DNA of 62,031 nucleotides, filler included, from Syncephalis fuscata S228 (GCA_025786725.1; 3 parts of 3 records of this genome joined end to end with filler, not necessarily neighbours in it); one strand, 5' to 3'; positions 1-14,400 are shown, counted from the first letter of the whole stretch. Made by a program: numbers and translations. Notes: a model not told the origin generated them from the sequence alone.

Positions 1-258
1 GTGGCAGAACGGTGAATGTGGTGGCAGAACGGTGGACTGATGGTGGCAGAACGGTGAAATGGTGGTGGCAGAACGGTGGACTGATGGTGGCAGAACGGTG
101 AAATGGTGGCAGAACGGTGGACTGATGGTGGCAGAACGCTAAAATGGTGGTGGCAGAACGGTGGACTGGTGATGGCAGAACAGCGGTATTCCACCATCTC
201 ACCGTTTTGCCAGTTCACCGTCCTGCCACTACCATTCTGCCATTCCGCCATTCTGCCT
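1..258. repeat. 22-bp tandem repeat array, G-rich strand on + (partial, runs off window start)
   Basis: Units CAGAACGGTGAAATGGTGGTGG and CAGAACGGTGGACTGATGGTGG from 1 to ~180, then degenerate units in the opposite polarity at ~191-258. Reverse complement of the 14177-14433 part of the main array. Confidence 0.95.
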
Positions 259-3200
259 TGACAGTCTCTGACTATCGACTATCAGTCTACATTTAAAGCA
301 TTTGCCGTTTCTTTGAAGCTACAGGTAAGCATTGTTATGTTTTATTAAATATGTATTATTGTGCGGACAAAGACGGTGTAGCACAAATAGCCATGTACGC
401 TTTTATAATCGGCTGTTTACTATGGTAAGACAACTGGCGCTGCTATGTAATAAATACTTGCTTATTTTTACTTCAAACTACTTACCATTTAATCAACTGT
501 TATTTTTACATAGATATTTAGGTATGCAGTGTTAGTGTTGCTGTTTGCATTCATGCACTGTGTTTTGTTTTCAAATAATACTAGCTTTTAACAAGATCAC
601 AAGTCTTCTTCCTTGCCGTGTTATAATATGGAATAATATAGATTCAAATGAATGGTCAAATAAAGTGTAAAATAATGGCAATAAAGGTATAGTATGCGTA
701 TTGCACAAGCAATCAAGTAAAATATACAAACAATACGGCGAGTAACAAATAAACGAGTTTTATCAATAAGACATGATGAGTATAGTTTAGAATAGAATTA
801 ATGGATAAAATAATAGTGAAGATATACATAGACGATTAGGTAAGTACAATAAATTGAACCTATAGCAATAAAGCTAGCGGCAATAAAATACCTGCTGTAA
901 ATGGGTTGTGCTTATTATATGACGATCGATATATGACTTAATAAATACAGAATAGTAATGATATGGGTGGATAGAAGGCATATGCATACTAAATACTAAA
1001 TCTATAATGACGAGTATTTTAATGGCTAATGCCATCCACCACACAGTTTCATGCCCAATAGATTGGATGTTGTTAAATTTAGCCATTTATCTTTCAAATC
1101 ATACTAGATCATTAGCAAATTGTTTAATATTATTATACTAGGCTTAACACAATCAAACCAATCAAACGAACCACTATTGCTATTATTAAAATGACCAGTG
1201 TGGGTGTAGCTTTATAGAATGTAACTATTTTTAGTATACTAGCAGTATAGTACAATTCAAATAATTGAATGGCATAACAAAGCTACTAGACACTATACTA
1301 ATGTTGATTTATAGCATATTTATTTAGTTAAAGGATGCTAAATGTTAAAGCGTTTATAAAAAAGTAGCTGTATTTGCTACTACCTATAATCACGTTAGGC
1401 ATGGCATTACAATGGGAATCAGCACTATGATATAAGCATCATGTCAAATAGTTGACCTCCATATACACACACATTCAACGATACAAGAAGGCAACAGCAA
1501 TGGCAATGTATATCAGCGAGTATAAGTACGACAACCACCGCTCGTTATAGTTGCAATGTTGGTGGTAATATTCAACTGACATCAGCGGCGATCAATGTCA
1601 ATACACGCCAGCAAGCTGCACATATTAGCTACTGTATTAATAAGCAGTATAGTTAAGCAACATACAGCAGCATACAGCAGCATACAGCTGTTGAAACGCA
1701 TGTTAGTACGCATGCAACACCAGCGATTGATTCTATGCTATAATTACAAAATAAATAGTAGCGTCATTATGGTTGATTGTAATCAAAATACGTGCCGACG
1801 GCCAATATATATTAAATATTGTTAATATTTAATGCTAATATTGCCATTTCTATTTGTGGTGCCTTTTCACGATTTTTCCAACATATGTCAGTTATATGCG
1901 CCAATGCGTCAACGCCATGCGGTTATAGTAGATGCTATTACGTATTTCTAGCTGTATGATTGATAGAATCAAGAATTGGTAAAGTTAATTAATAAAGGCT
2001 ATAATAGTCCTTTTTTTGTTATTTTGACAATAAAAGCCCACACAAATACTAATTAAAAAATGTATCGATTGCTTAATAGATAGCCAATTGCAACTTGACA
2101 GTATCAATCCCTGTAGCCATAATTGACCGTTAACAATTGCCGTCGATTTGCTAGTTATGTCGGCCAACCAACAGCGTCGGTGACATGATATAATTAATAA
2201 ATATATTAATGATTGGTATTGCATATAGCTACAGTATGTGTGTAATAGCACAATAGCACGCAATGGTACACCGTTAGCCACACGTGCTGTGAACGGTATG
2301 CTAATCATGTACATTGGTTGTTTTATTAGCATTGGTGGTGGCGTGTATCAAGTATAACCGGCATCATTGGTAGATCATGTTATGTGGCATTGCCACTGGC
2401 AACTATACAGATGCTATCAGTCATCCGTAATAGTACTGACAATGTTAATGGCTGTGAATGTGTTATACAGACAATGGCGATTTTGGCTACATACCGTATA
2501 CAATTATGTAGTGGAGTGTATAACAATAACAGCCATTGGTATAGTATTGTCCATTGGTGCGCACACCATACTGTTGCTGGTATACAAAAGCAAATCTTAT
2601 GCATAGTCATCAGTTAGTAACAGTGCATATTATGCTGCCACTTGCTAAACGAGCAGACGTTAACTGTCCATGTTATTTGTAGATATGTTTCAAATTGGCA
2701 AGTACCAACACTAGGTTTACTACTTGTGTCGCCAATTACCCAGTAACAACTGGCATGACAATTCTCAATAGCCAGCATTAGTATACATGTTTATATTGAC
2801 GATCGGTAATCTTCAACAGTAATTTCAATTGTGGCATTTATTAAACACAGCTCACTACTGTCGTTGGCAATACAAATAGCAACTATTTTGCCAATTCCTA
2901 GTTGTTGCACTGCAATACATAGCATTGGTTTACAATGGTAGTAAGCTGTATAAATAGCGCTCACTAACTGTTAGTATCGGTAGCTATATCATGCCAATGA
3001 TGCACGCAGTATATTCAACACTAACTGTCGACCAGTAACCAGCAATACACAATAACAGATAGCACTAATGTAGCCATATGATTAACTGATACCCATGTTA
3101 CATGTCTATTAACCTATAGCCGGCTATGGAAATAATCAAATATCCATACTTTATCGGTGTTGACGCGCGATTACTAGCATATTGCTTAACAGAATATTGC

Positions 3201-6004
3201 TATACTATTATATTGGCTATTGTTAATCAGTTGATACAGCTAATCAGCAGGTATCCGTAAATACTATGCAACCAGCTAGTCGGTAAACAACATGGATTAA
3301 TAGCGTTTGGCCAGCTATATATATATATTGAAAACATGCATGGTGCTTAGTTGTCCATTTGCTAATAGCGCTTGCTATTAATTTCTACTATTTAGATAGA
3401 TATTAACAATACGATCTTGTCAATAGAATAATGCTAATTTCTATAGTAATCATGAGCAATATTACAATGTTGCCATTGCCAGCTAACTAATATAGCTGGC
3501 TATACGTTGATGGCAACAGTAATTTAATGTTTTCATGTTCACTACTGACCATTGACGGCTGCTTGATTGTTTATTAATGCTTATATATATATTATACAAT
3601 TATCCGTGTTAGTAATGTAGCTGTTTATATATTATAATCGACACATATTCATTATATAGCGCTCTGTAATAACGTTCATTGGCACTATTCCAGCGTCAAA
3701 ACTATTAACTTTGTCATAACATCGTTGAAACTTTAAATAGCTGTATTAGCTCAATATCGATCTGTACCAAAATAGTTGCATGTACATGCACAATAGTCTT
3801 TTTGTAATGCTCTATAGTCTGCAATACATTAATCGAATGATCTATGTCAAAGTATCACTATCATATCTATATGCTAAATATACTCATACATGTTTTGGTT
3901 ATTGCCAAGGTATGAGCCAATTTCACTGTCGACTCGTTTATTGCACCGTTTAATCAATTTACCCATCACATCGGCTTTAATACTAAGAAGCCGTCCCAAT
4001 CTTGTTGCCTTCTTTTGAATATGCTTAATTCAACGGAACATTTTACTTTGTTCTGTTTACTTACAAATCAACAACAGCTCATCAATACTACCAATTCCCA
4101 GTTGTAGACTGCCAATAAGCAGTGCAAATCCATCAGATATATCGTCGAAATTACATAATCGATTACGCCAGGTAGAACAACAACATAAGCGATCAGCTAC
4201 TGAATACAACGTAATATGCTGTGTGCATGTGACGCTAATCGATGATGAAATAAAATGATACCTTTACGCATCAATGCCACAAATACTGACATTGGTTCTA
4301 AATAATTAGCACTCTGTGTATTAGTATAGAATGAACGGAAACAGAATAGATCATAGCTACAAGGTAGCTAGCATTTCTTACGTGTATCCTCGAGCTTAAT
4401 AGCATCAGTCGTCAATGGATGTATACGGAATATCTAGTATTCAATGTACTTTAATTCTGATTAATTGTCTATTCTATATCATTCATTAACAAATGCACGT
4501 ATTTCTGAATCAGTGGATGTTATTGCATCCACTTGGAACAAAGCTTTGCGCAATAGATTGGCTGTCTAGTGTATATCCATTAATATTATGGCTTCATTTT
4601 TCGCAGAAGCAATGCAGCTTTTCAATAATGCTGTCGCCGCATATTTGAACTAATATCAACCGACATTGCTGAAGCAAAGCTGTTACACCGGTCAGCTGTA
4701 CTTAATAGCGCTAAATCAAATTCAACATCCTCCAGTCATAAATCCAATTTTCAGCGCTTGTATACAAATTTAATTGAGCAGTGCCGCGTATTGTATAGAA
4801 GTGGTCGCTGATCTAGCCGTTATTGGCATATTACGCCATAAATAAGCTGACAGTCTAAATTAACCACCAACAAAAGCTGTCGATTGAATAATCCTTGTAA
4901 CTTCAAAATAAACAAAACACGGATTTACCAGAATATACAATATACAATACAGTTTAATGATTTGTAGCGGCGTGTAGCAATAGCTGACGGCGTAATAAAA
5001 ACTCGACCCAATTAACAAGCATGTTTATATACCACAAAAGGCTATGTAGCCGCTGCAACAACTGTAGCTTGCTATTTACAAATATTCAACAGCATAGAAG
5101 AAAGCCATGCTGAATAGACTGAATGAAAGTAGACATGAACGACAAGCGGCAGATCTTACAACAAATAAAGCTACTAACAAGTGAACCACTGTAACAAACT
5201 GCGCACGTTTATTAGAAAACAAAGCACTACGCAATAAGACGAGTAGACACGCTAAAGTGTATAGACAGGAAAGTAACTGCTGCAGTGTATATGGACCAAT
5301 GAGAGATAAAAAAGGAATGAGCTGAGCTTTACAACCAATAGACCTAGCGCCAAATAAACAGCAGTTTTGAGTAGCGCATGGCTATCATATGACAGAACGA
5401 TACAGAATGAAACGAATATATAAAGTAAAAAGTATGAATAGCAGTGGTATAGCTACTAAGCATATATGCATGAGTGAATGAGCGACATTAGTCGACATTT
5501 ATAAATAATAAAGCTAGAACAGAAATAAACATATTTTTGGATAGAGCAAGGCTATACGAGTATAGAGTGATGTATAGAATGATAAATGTACGGTAAGAAA
5601 GCATGTAAAACGACATCAAAGCTATAGTGTATATAGCGCAATGAATGGAGAGAGAAAAGTGTATTGGGACAAACAGATGATAGAATGTACCTAGTATGTT
5701 ATAAAATGGTATATAGAGGTGTGGGATATAAAAGAATGGTATACGTGAATAGAGGATATATGCATACTGGATAATGAATCTATAATGATGAGTATTTTGA
5801 TGATAGACGTCACTCACCGCCCATCATCATGTTCAATAGACTGGATGTTATTAAAAATAGTCATTTGACCACCAAGCAAACAACAAATGCGATGATGTGA
5901 TAATTAAATAAAACTCACCATTTGTCCCTATCTTTAGTAGAATAGATGTCTAGTTCAGTTACGCGATTATTATTAAAAAGTCATTTAACACAAATTATAA
6001 TAAA
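1..6004. repeat. Left arm (A) of giant interrupted palindrome 1
   Basis: Reverse complement of ~8433-14433. Mirror ORF pairs 332..535/13899..14102 and 5488..5817/8620..8949 give coordinate sums 14434-14437. Near-identical up to ~5949, then about 5 mismatches to 6004, where homology ends. Confidence 0.97.
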
Positions 6005-6212
6005 GCTATAGCGCACTGAGTGGACTGAGTGAAGCTGATTGAAATGCATAATAAATATAAAGTGTTCAACCTGTCATTGACTAATAGTAGGATGTAAAGA
6101 TACAATTTTAATGATATTATTAGATTAAAAATATATGCATACTAAATAATAAATCTATGATGGCGGTATTTTGGACCCTGACGTCAGGTACTTTTAATTT
6201 CATGTTCACTAG
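5400..6212 (+). repeat. Copy of a dispersed AT-rich repeat family (core ATATGCATACTGGATAAT...CACTCACC...ATGTTCAATAG)
   Basis: Aligns by eye with ~22065-22892 (same strand) and ~15245-16075 (reverse). The ~110-bp core also occurs at ~979-1090, 8567-8682, 13345-13455, 18195-18312, 19826-19940, 24010-24120, 59166-59265 and 59431-59534. Confidence 0.85.
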
Positions 6213-6607
6213 AACGTGTGTGTAGGTCAGTTGCGCGAATACTATTAAATGTAGTCATCTAACACTAAATTGCAATTATCATTTAATTAAAAAACATTTT
6301 TTTTATAAACATTCAAATTATTCTGCCCACTTAACCGGCTTAGAAGTCAAAGAACACCAACTGTAAATATGCTGTACCCTTTATTATGTTTTGAGGTTTT
6401 AAAGCTGTCTTTATCTTCAATTAATCTCTAAAAATTTTAAAGTAATTATGGTTTTATAAGCTTAATATTTGCTAATTCGACGCATTTATAAAGTCGAATT
6501 TTAAACAAAAGCAATGCCATTTGCTAGTGCATAAACTATATTTTTGGAATAAAACTAGTATTTTTGTGAATAAAGAAACTAATCAAACAGTTATTCTTCT
6601 AAACATC

Positions 6608-8278
6608 ATGACCGCGAATAAATCACGTTGTCCAACGTGTGGAAAGGGTTTTCCGTCGTTAGCCAGCCGTAGGAAGCACGACTTTGAAGAACACAAGGCA
6701 CAAATAAACGTATGGAAAGGTGAAGGTAAGTAATGTAGCTTACGCTGAATAAATCAATCCACTTAACGATCTTCTACGACAGAACTACTTTTTGTTTGTA
6801 CTAAACAAGATGGGCGTTTTGGATGTCCGTTTAAAAATTGCACTGGCAGTTGCGCTACAACGGAAGGATTCAAAAAGCATCTAAAAAAGCACGAAGCTTA
6901 TATTACTTATTTCGAGATGGAAAACAAGGAAGCTCAAGTCGGAGCAAAACGACTTTATCAAGATGATAAAAAAGCGACAAGCTTTAAAAACAGTGATGAC
7001 GACGTATCACTGTTCACCAAAAAAAAGCAGAAGATTGGAAAGGAGCTATATTCTACTCCTACTCCTACTCATAGCACACCACTGGCGGATGCATCGCTTT
7101 CCTACGATGATGCAATTCTTAGTGCATTCAACGCGCTTCAAGCGTCGCCAAAATGCCAACAGAAGGCAAAACTAGTTGCAAAATCTAGCAAGTTACATCC
7201 TCTGTCGCTCACAACTGGAGATGGGCGTTCAACGTTTCACGTGCTGGCTGTCTCTGAAGCAATCTCACGGATTCTCTTTGCTCAGCCAAAAGGGGAAATT
7301 ATTGCACCACTGATTACACCCTCAGCAGCAGACAATGCCTGCCTTAATAGTAGCAAGACAGCTGACAACCGTTTACGTCATTGCTTGCAACATGGGCTGT
7401 TTGGTGAAAAACTGAAACAATGTGACATCATTGAAATGAACGATGAAATCGCCGAGCTATTACAAAGAGACTGGCATATTTGGCCACAAATGCGCTACGT
7501 ATCAGCGCAATTATTCAGCAATGCTATACTTGTTGAAGATAAGCAAATTCTACTGATCAACTGCGTGGAGGCGTACGGCCGCAGATGTACCATCGATGTA
7601 CATCATGAGACAGCGTGGCGTTCACCATCTGTGCCAGATGATGACGACCTTCGCTATAATGGAATTAAAGTTGTGGTGGACACATACAACAACTCAAAAA
7701 GACTGTTAATAGGAACGCATTCTTCAAATCTTCTTGTGACGTCGAGTGTCCTATTAAGAAATAATCAACAGATTATCCAGCTCGGGCCCAGTACAAAGGA
7801 CATTAGTCTAAAAGATCCACGGGTTTATTTGGACTCTAAAAGCATTGAAAAATCAATATGCCTTTTCAATAAGGGCAATAAATGTTGTCACATTGATTAT
7901 CTTGATTTCATGTCACAGTTACGCCAGGTTCGGTCGAAGTTCCATTGTCCTTCGACATACACACTTTGCCGCTCAAGCTCAGCGGCAACCAATTCTGTCA
8001 CTCGCCGCCCTTTTACCATTTGGACATTGGCGGACTATGAAATTTCTCGATTAACACAAGCAAAAATCGGATCGCAGTTGTTCCAAACAATTGCAACTGC
8101 TGTAATCAATAATGGGCGAAAGGCCAAGCTTCAAATGTCAGATGTGCAAAACATTGCAAACCAATGCAAAGAAGATAAAGTCTTGGTGTTCATAAAGCTT
8201 ATTCTTAAACAGTTCGACGGCCAAGATCATATTCAATTATCGGCAACAAGATATTGGACACACATCTGCAAGGCTTAG
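6608..8278 (+). CDS. C2H2 zinc-finger protein with large C-terminal domain of unknown function (2 exons: 6608-6725, 6783-8278)
   Basis: Exon 1 encodes CPTCGKGFPSLASRRKHDFEEH. The GTAAGT...TTAAC...CAG intron at 6726-6782 joins in frame to CPFKNCTGSCATTEGFKKHLKKH and the 453-aa ORF (537 aa in total). A probable lost T at ~8232 would extend the protein to 8355 (…DHISIIGNKILDTHLQGLANIVTGSLSDANKAVKKELSKIFQK*). Confidence 0.85.
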
Positions 8279-8432
8279 CAAACATTGTTACAGGAAGTTT
8301 AAGCGATGCAAACAAGGCGGTAAAGAAAGAACTGTCTAAAATATTTCAAAAATAATTAATGCAATGCTATCTTATTCAGCTGTCTTGTTTGTATTAAAGC
8401 TATCGCATTAACATTAAACGACTTATTGACCA

Positions 8433-11400
8433 TTTATTATAATTTGTGTTAAATGATTTTTTAATAATATTCGCGTAATTGGACTACACATCTATTCTAC
8501 TAAAGATAGGGACAAATGGTGAGTTTTATTTAATCATCACATCATCGCATTTGTTGTTTGCTTGGTGGTCAAATGACTATTTTTAATAACATCCAGTCTA
8601 TTGAACATGATGATGGGCGGTGAGTGACGTCTATCATCAAAATACTCATCATTATAGATTCATTATCCAGTATGCATATATCCTCTATTCACGTATACCA
8701 TTCTTTTATATCCCACACCTCTATATACCATTTTATAACATACTAGGTACATTCTATCATCTGTTTGTCCCAATACACTTTTCTCTCTCCATTCATTGCG
8801 CTATATACACTATAGCTTTGATGTCGTTTTACATGCTTTCTTACCGTACATTTATCATTCTATACATCACTCTATACTCGTATAGCCTTGCTCTATCCAA
8901 AAATATGTTTATTTCTGTTCTAGCTTTATTATTTATAAATGTCGACTAATGTCGCTCATTCACTCATGCATATATGCTTAGTAGCTATACCACTGCTATT
9001 CATACTTTTTACTTTATATATTCGTTTCATTCTGTATCGTTCTGTCATATGATAGCCATGCGCTACTCAAAACTGCTGTTTATTTGGCGCTAGGTCTATT
9101 GGTTGTAAAGCTCAGCTCATTCCTTTTTATCTCTCATTGGTCCATATACACTGCAGCAGTTACTTTCCTGTCTATACACTTTAGCGTGTCTACTCGTCTT
9201 ATTGCGTAGTGCTTTGTTTTCTAATAAACGTGCGCAGTTTGTTACAGTGGTTCACTTGTTAGTAGCTTTATTTGTTGTAAGATCTGCCGCTTGTCGTTCA
9301 TGTCTACTTTCATTCAGTCTATTTAGCATGGCTTCTTCTATGCTGTTGAATATTGTAAATAGCAAGCTACAGTTGTTGCAGCGGCTACATAGCCTTTTGT
9401 GGTATATAACATGCTTGTTAATTGGGTCGAGTTTTTATTACGCCGTCAGCTATTGCTACACGCCGCTACAAATCATTAAACTGTATTGTATATTGTATAT
9501 TCTGGTAAATCCGTGTTTTGTTTATTTTGAAGTTACAAGGATTATTCAATCGACAGCTTTTGTTGGTGGTTAATTTAGACTGCCAGCTTATTTATGGCGT
9601 AATATGCCAATAACGGCTAGATCAGCGACCACTTCTATACAATACGCGGCACTGCTCAATTAAATTTGTATACAAGCGCTGAAAATTGGATTTATGACTG
9701 GAGGATGTTGAATTTGATTTAGCGCTATTAAGTACAGCTGACCGGTGTAACAGCTTTGCTTCAGCAATGTCGGTTGATATTAGTTCAAATATGCGGCGAC
9801 AGCATTATTGAAAAGCTGCATTGCTTCTGCGAAAAATGAAGCCATAACATTAATGGATATACACTAGACAGCCAATCTATTGCGCAAAGCTTTGTTCCAA
9901 GTGGATGCAATAACATCCACTGATTCAGAAATACGTGCATTTGTTAATGAATGATATAGAATAGACAATTAATCAGAATTAAAGTACATTGAATACTAGA
10001 TATTCCGTATACATCCATTGACGACTGATGCTATTAAGCTCGAGGATACACGTAAGAAATGCTAGCTACCTTGTAGCTATGATCTATTCTGTTTCCGTTC
10101 ATTCTATACTAATACACAGAGTGCTAATTATTTAGAACCAATGTCAGTATTTGTGGCATTGATGCGTAAAGGTATCATTTTATTTCATCATCGATTAGCG
10201 TCACATGCACACAGCATATTACGTTGTATTCAGTAGCTGATCGCTTATGTTGTTGTTCTACCTGGCGTAATCGATTATGTAATTTCGACGATATATCTGA
10301 TGGATTTGCACTGCTTATTGGCAGTCTACAACTGGGAATTGGTAGTATTGATGAGCTGTTGTTGATTTGTAAGTAAACAGAACAAAGTAAAATGTTCCGT
10401 TGAATTAAGCATATTCAAAAGAAGGCAACAAGATTGGGACGGCTTCTTAGTATTAAAGCCGATGTGATGGGTAAATTGACTAAACGGTGCAATAAACGAG
10501 TCGACAGTGAAATTGGCCCATACCTTGGCAATAACCAAAACATGTATGAGTATATTTAGCATATAGATATGATAGTGATACTTTGACATAGATCATTCGA
10601 TTAATGTATTGCAGACTATAGAGCATTACAAAAAGACTATTGTGCATGTACATAGCAACTATTTTGGTACAGATCGATATTGAGCTAATACAGCTATTTA
10701 AAGTTTGCAACGATGTTATGACAAAGTTAATAGTTTTGACGCTGGAATAGTGCCAATGAACGTTATTACAGAGCGCTATATAATGAATATGTGTCGATTA
10801 TAATATATAAACAGCTACATTACTAACACGGATAATTGTATAATATATATATAAGCATTAATAAACAATCAAGCAGCCGTCAATGGTCAGTAGTGAACAT
10901 GAAAACATTAAATTACTGTTGCCATCAACGTATAGCCAGCTATATTAGTTAGCTGGCAATGGCAACATTGTAATATTGCTCATGATTACTATAGAAATTA
11001 GCATTATTCTATTGACAAGATCGTATTGTTAATATCTATCTAAATAGTAGAAATTAATAGCAAGCGCTATTAGCAAATGGACAACTAAGCACCATGCATG
11101 TTTTCAATATATATATATAGCTGGCCAAACGCTATTAATCCATGTTGTTTACCGACTAGCTGGTTGCATAGTATTTACGGATACCTGCTGATTAGCTGTA
11201 TCAACTGATTAACAATAGCCAATATAATAGTATAGCAATATTCTGTTAAGCAATATGCTAGTAATCGCGCGTCAACACCGATAAAGTATGGATATTTGAT
11301 TATTTCCATAGCCGGCTATAGGTTAATAGACATGTAACATGGGTATCAGTTAATTATATGGCTACATTAGTGCTATCTGTTATTGTGTATTGCTGGTTAC

Positions 11401-14400
11401 TGGTCGACAGTTAGTGTTGAATATACTGCGTGCATCATTGGCATGATATAGCTACCGATACTAACAGTTAGTGAGCGCTATTTATACAGCTTACTACCAT
11501 TGTAAACCAATGCTATGTATTGCAGTGCAACAACTAGGAATTGGCAAAATAGTTGCTATTTGTATTGCCACGACAGTAGTGAGCTGTGTTTAATAAATGC
11601 CACAATTGAAATTACTGTTGAAGATTACCGATCGTCAATATAAACATGTATACTAATGCTGGCTATTGAGAATTGCCATGCCAGTTGTTACTGGGTAATT
11701 GGCGACACAAGTAGTAAACCTAGTGTTGGTGCTTGCCAATTTGAAACATATCTACAAATAACATGGACAGTTAACGTCTGCTCGTTTAGCAAGTGGCAGC
11801 ATAATATGCACTGTTACTAACTGATGACTATGCATAAGATTTGCTTTTGTATACCGGCAACAGTATGGTGTGCGCACCAATGGACAATACTATACCAATG
11901 GCTGTTATTGTTATACACTCCACTACATAATTGTATACGGTATGTAGCCAAAATCGCCATTGTCTGTATAACACATTCACAGCCATTAACATTGTCAGTA
12001 CTATTACGGATGACTGATAGCATCTGTATAGTTGCCAGTGGCAATGCCGCATAACATGATCTACCAATGATGCCGGTTATACTTGATACACGCCACCACC
12101 AATGCTAATAAAACAACCAATGTACATGATTAGCATACCGTTCACAGCACGTGTGGCTAACGGTGTACCATTGCGTGCTATTGTGCTATTACACACATAC
12201 TGTAGCTATATGCAATACCAATCATTAATATATTTATTAATTATATCATGTCACCGACGCTGTTGGTTGGCCGACATAACTAGCAAATCGACAGCAATTG
12301 TTAACGGTCAATTATGGCTACAGGGATTGATACTGTCAAGTTGCAATTGGCTATCTATTAAGCAATCGATACATTTTTTAATTAGTATTTGTGTGGGCTT
12401 TTATTGTCAAAATAACAAAAAAAGGACTGTTATAGCCTTTATTAATTAACTTTACCAATTCTTGATTCTATCAATGATACAGCTAGAAATACGTAATAGC
12501 ATCTACTATAACCGCATGGCGTTGACGCATTGGCGCATATAACTGACATATGTTGGAAAAATCGTGAAAAGGCACCACAAATAGAAATGGCAATATTAGC
12601 ATTAAATATTAACAATATTTAATATATATTGGCCGTCGGCACGTATTTTGATTACAATCAACCATAATGACGCTACTATTTATTTTGTAATTATAGCATA
12701 GAATCAATCGCTGGTGTTGCATGCGTACTAACATGCGTTTCAACAGCTGTATGCTGCTGTATGCTGCTGTATGTTGCTTAACTATACTGCTTATTAATAC
12801 AGTAGCTAATATGTGCAGCTTGCTGGCGTGTATTGACATTGATCGCCGCTGATGTCAGTTGAATATTACCACCAACATTGCAACTATAACGAGCGGTGGT
12901 TGTCGTACTTATACTCGCTGATAGACATTGCCATTGCTGTTGCCTTCTTGTATCGTTGAATGTGTGTGTATATGGAGGTCAACTATTTGACATGATGCTT
13001 ATATCGTAATGCTGATTCCCATTGTAATGCCATGCCTAACCTGATTATAGGTAGTAGCAAATACAGTTACTTTTTTATAAACGCTTTAACATTTAGCATC
13101 CTTTAACTAAATAAATATGCTATAAATCAACATTAGTATAGTGTCTAGTAGCTTTGTTATGCCATTCAATTATTTGAATTGTACTATACTGCTAGTATAC
13201 TAAAAATAGTTACATTCTATAAAGCTACACCCACACTGGTCATTTTAATAATAGCAATAGTGGTTCGTTTGATTGGTTTGATTGTGTTAAGCCTAGTATA
13301 ATAATATTAAACAATTTGCTAATGATCTAGTATGATTTGAAAGATAAATGGCTAAATTTAACAACATCCAATCTATTGGGCATGAAACTGTGTGGTGGAT
13401 GGCATTAGCCATTAAAATACTCGTCATTATAGATTTAGTATTTAGTATGCATATGCCTTCTATCCACCCATATCATTACTATTCTGTATTTATTAAGTCA
13501 TATATCGATCGGTCATATAATAAGCACAACCCATTTACAGCAGGTATTTTATTGCCGCTAGCTTTATTGCTATAGGTTCAATTTATTGTACTTACCTAAT
13601 CGTCTATGTATATCTTCACTATTATTTTATCCATTAATTCTATTCTAAACTATACTCATCATGTCTTATTGATAAAACTCGTTTATTTGTTACTCGCCGT
13701 ATTGTTTGTATATTTTACTTGATTGCTTGTGCAATACGCATACTATACCTTTATTGCCATTATTTTACACTTTATTTGACCATTCATTTGAATCTATATT
13801 ATTCCATATTATAACACGGCAAGGAAGAAGCTTGTGATCTTGTTAAAAGCTAGTATTATTTGAAAACAAAACACAGTGCATGAATGCAAACAGCAACACT
13901 AACACTGCATACCTAAATATCTATGTAAAAATAACAGTTGATTAAATGGTAAGTAGTTTGAAGTAAAAATAAGCAAGTATTTATTACATAGCAGCGCCAG
14001 TTGTCTTACCATAGTAAACAGCCGATTATAAAAGCGTACATGGCTATTTGTGCTACACCGTCTTTGTCCGCACAATAATACATATTTAATAAAACATAAC
14101 AATGCTTACCTGTAGCTTCAAAGAAACGGCAAATGCTTTAAATGTAGACTGATAGTCGATAGTCAGAGACTGTCAAGGCAGAATGGCGGAATGGCAGAAT
14201 GGTAGTGGCAGGACGGTGAACTGGCAAAACGGTGAGATGGTGGAATACCGCTGTTCTGCCATCACCAGTCCACCGTTCTGCCACCACCATTTTAGCGTTC
14301 TGCCACCACCATTTCACCGTTCTGCCACCACCATTTCACCGTTCTGCCACCATCAGTCCACCGTTCTGCCACCACCATTTCACCGTTCTGCCACCATCAG

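Noticed and set aside
1-180. Telomeric repeat at the window start
   Set aside because: A left chromosome end would show the C-rich strand on +, but here the G-rich strand is on +. The same array is also internal at 14.2-15.2 kb and 23.0 kb.
268-278. TCTGACTATCG shared between the array flank and the LTR (25961-25971)
   Set aside because: Only an 11-bp match with no extension; compatible with chance.
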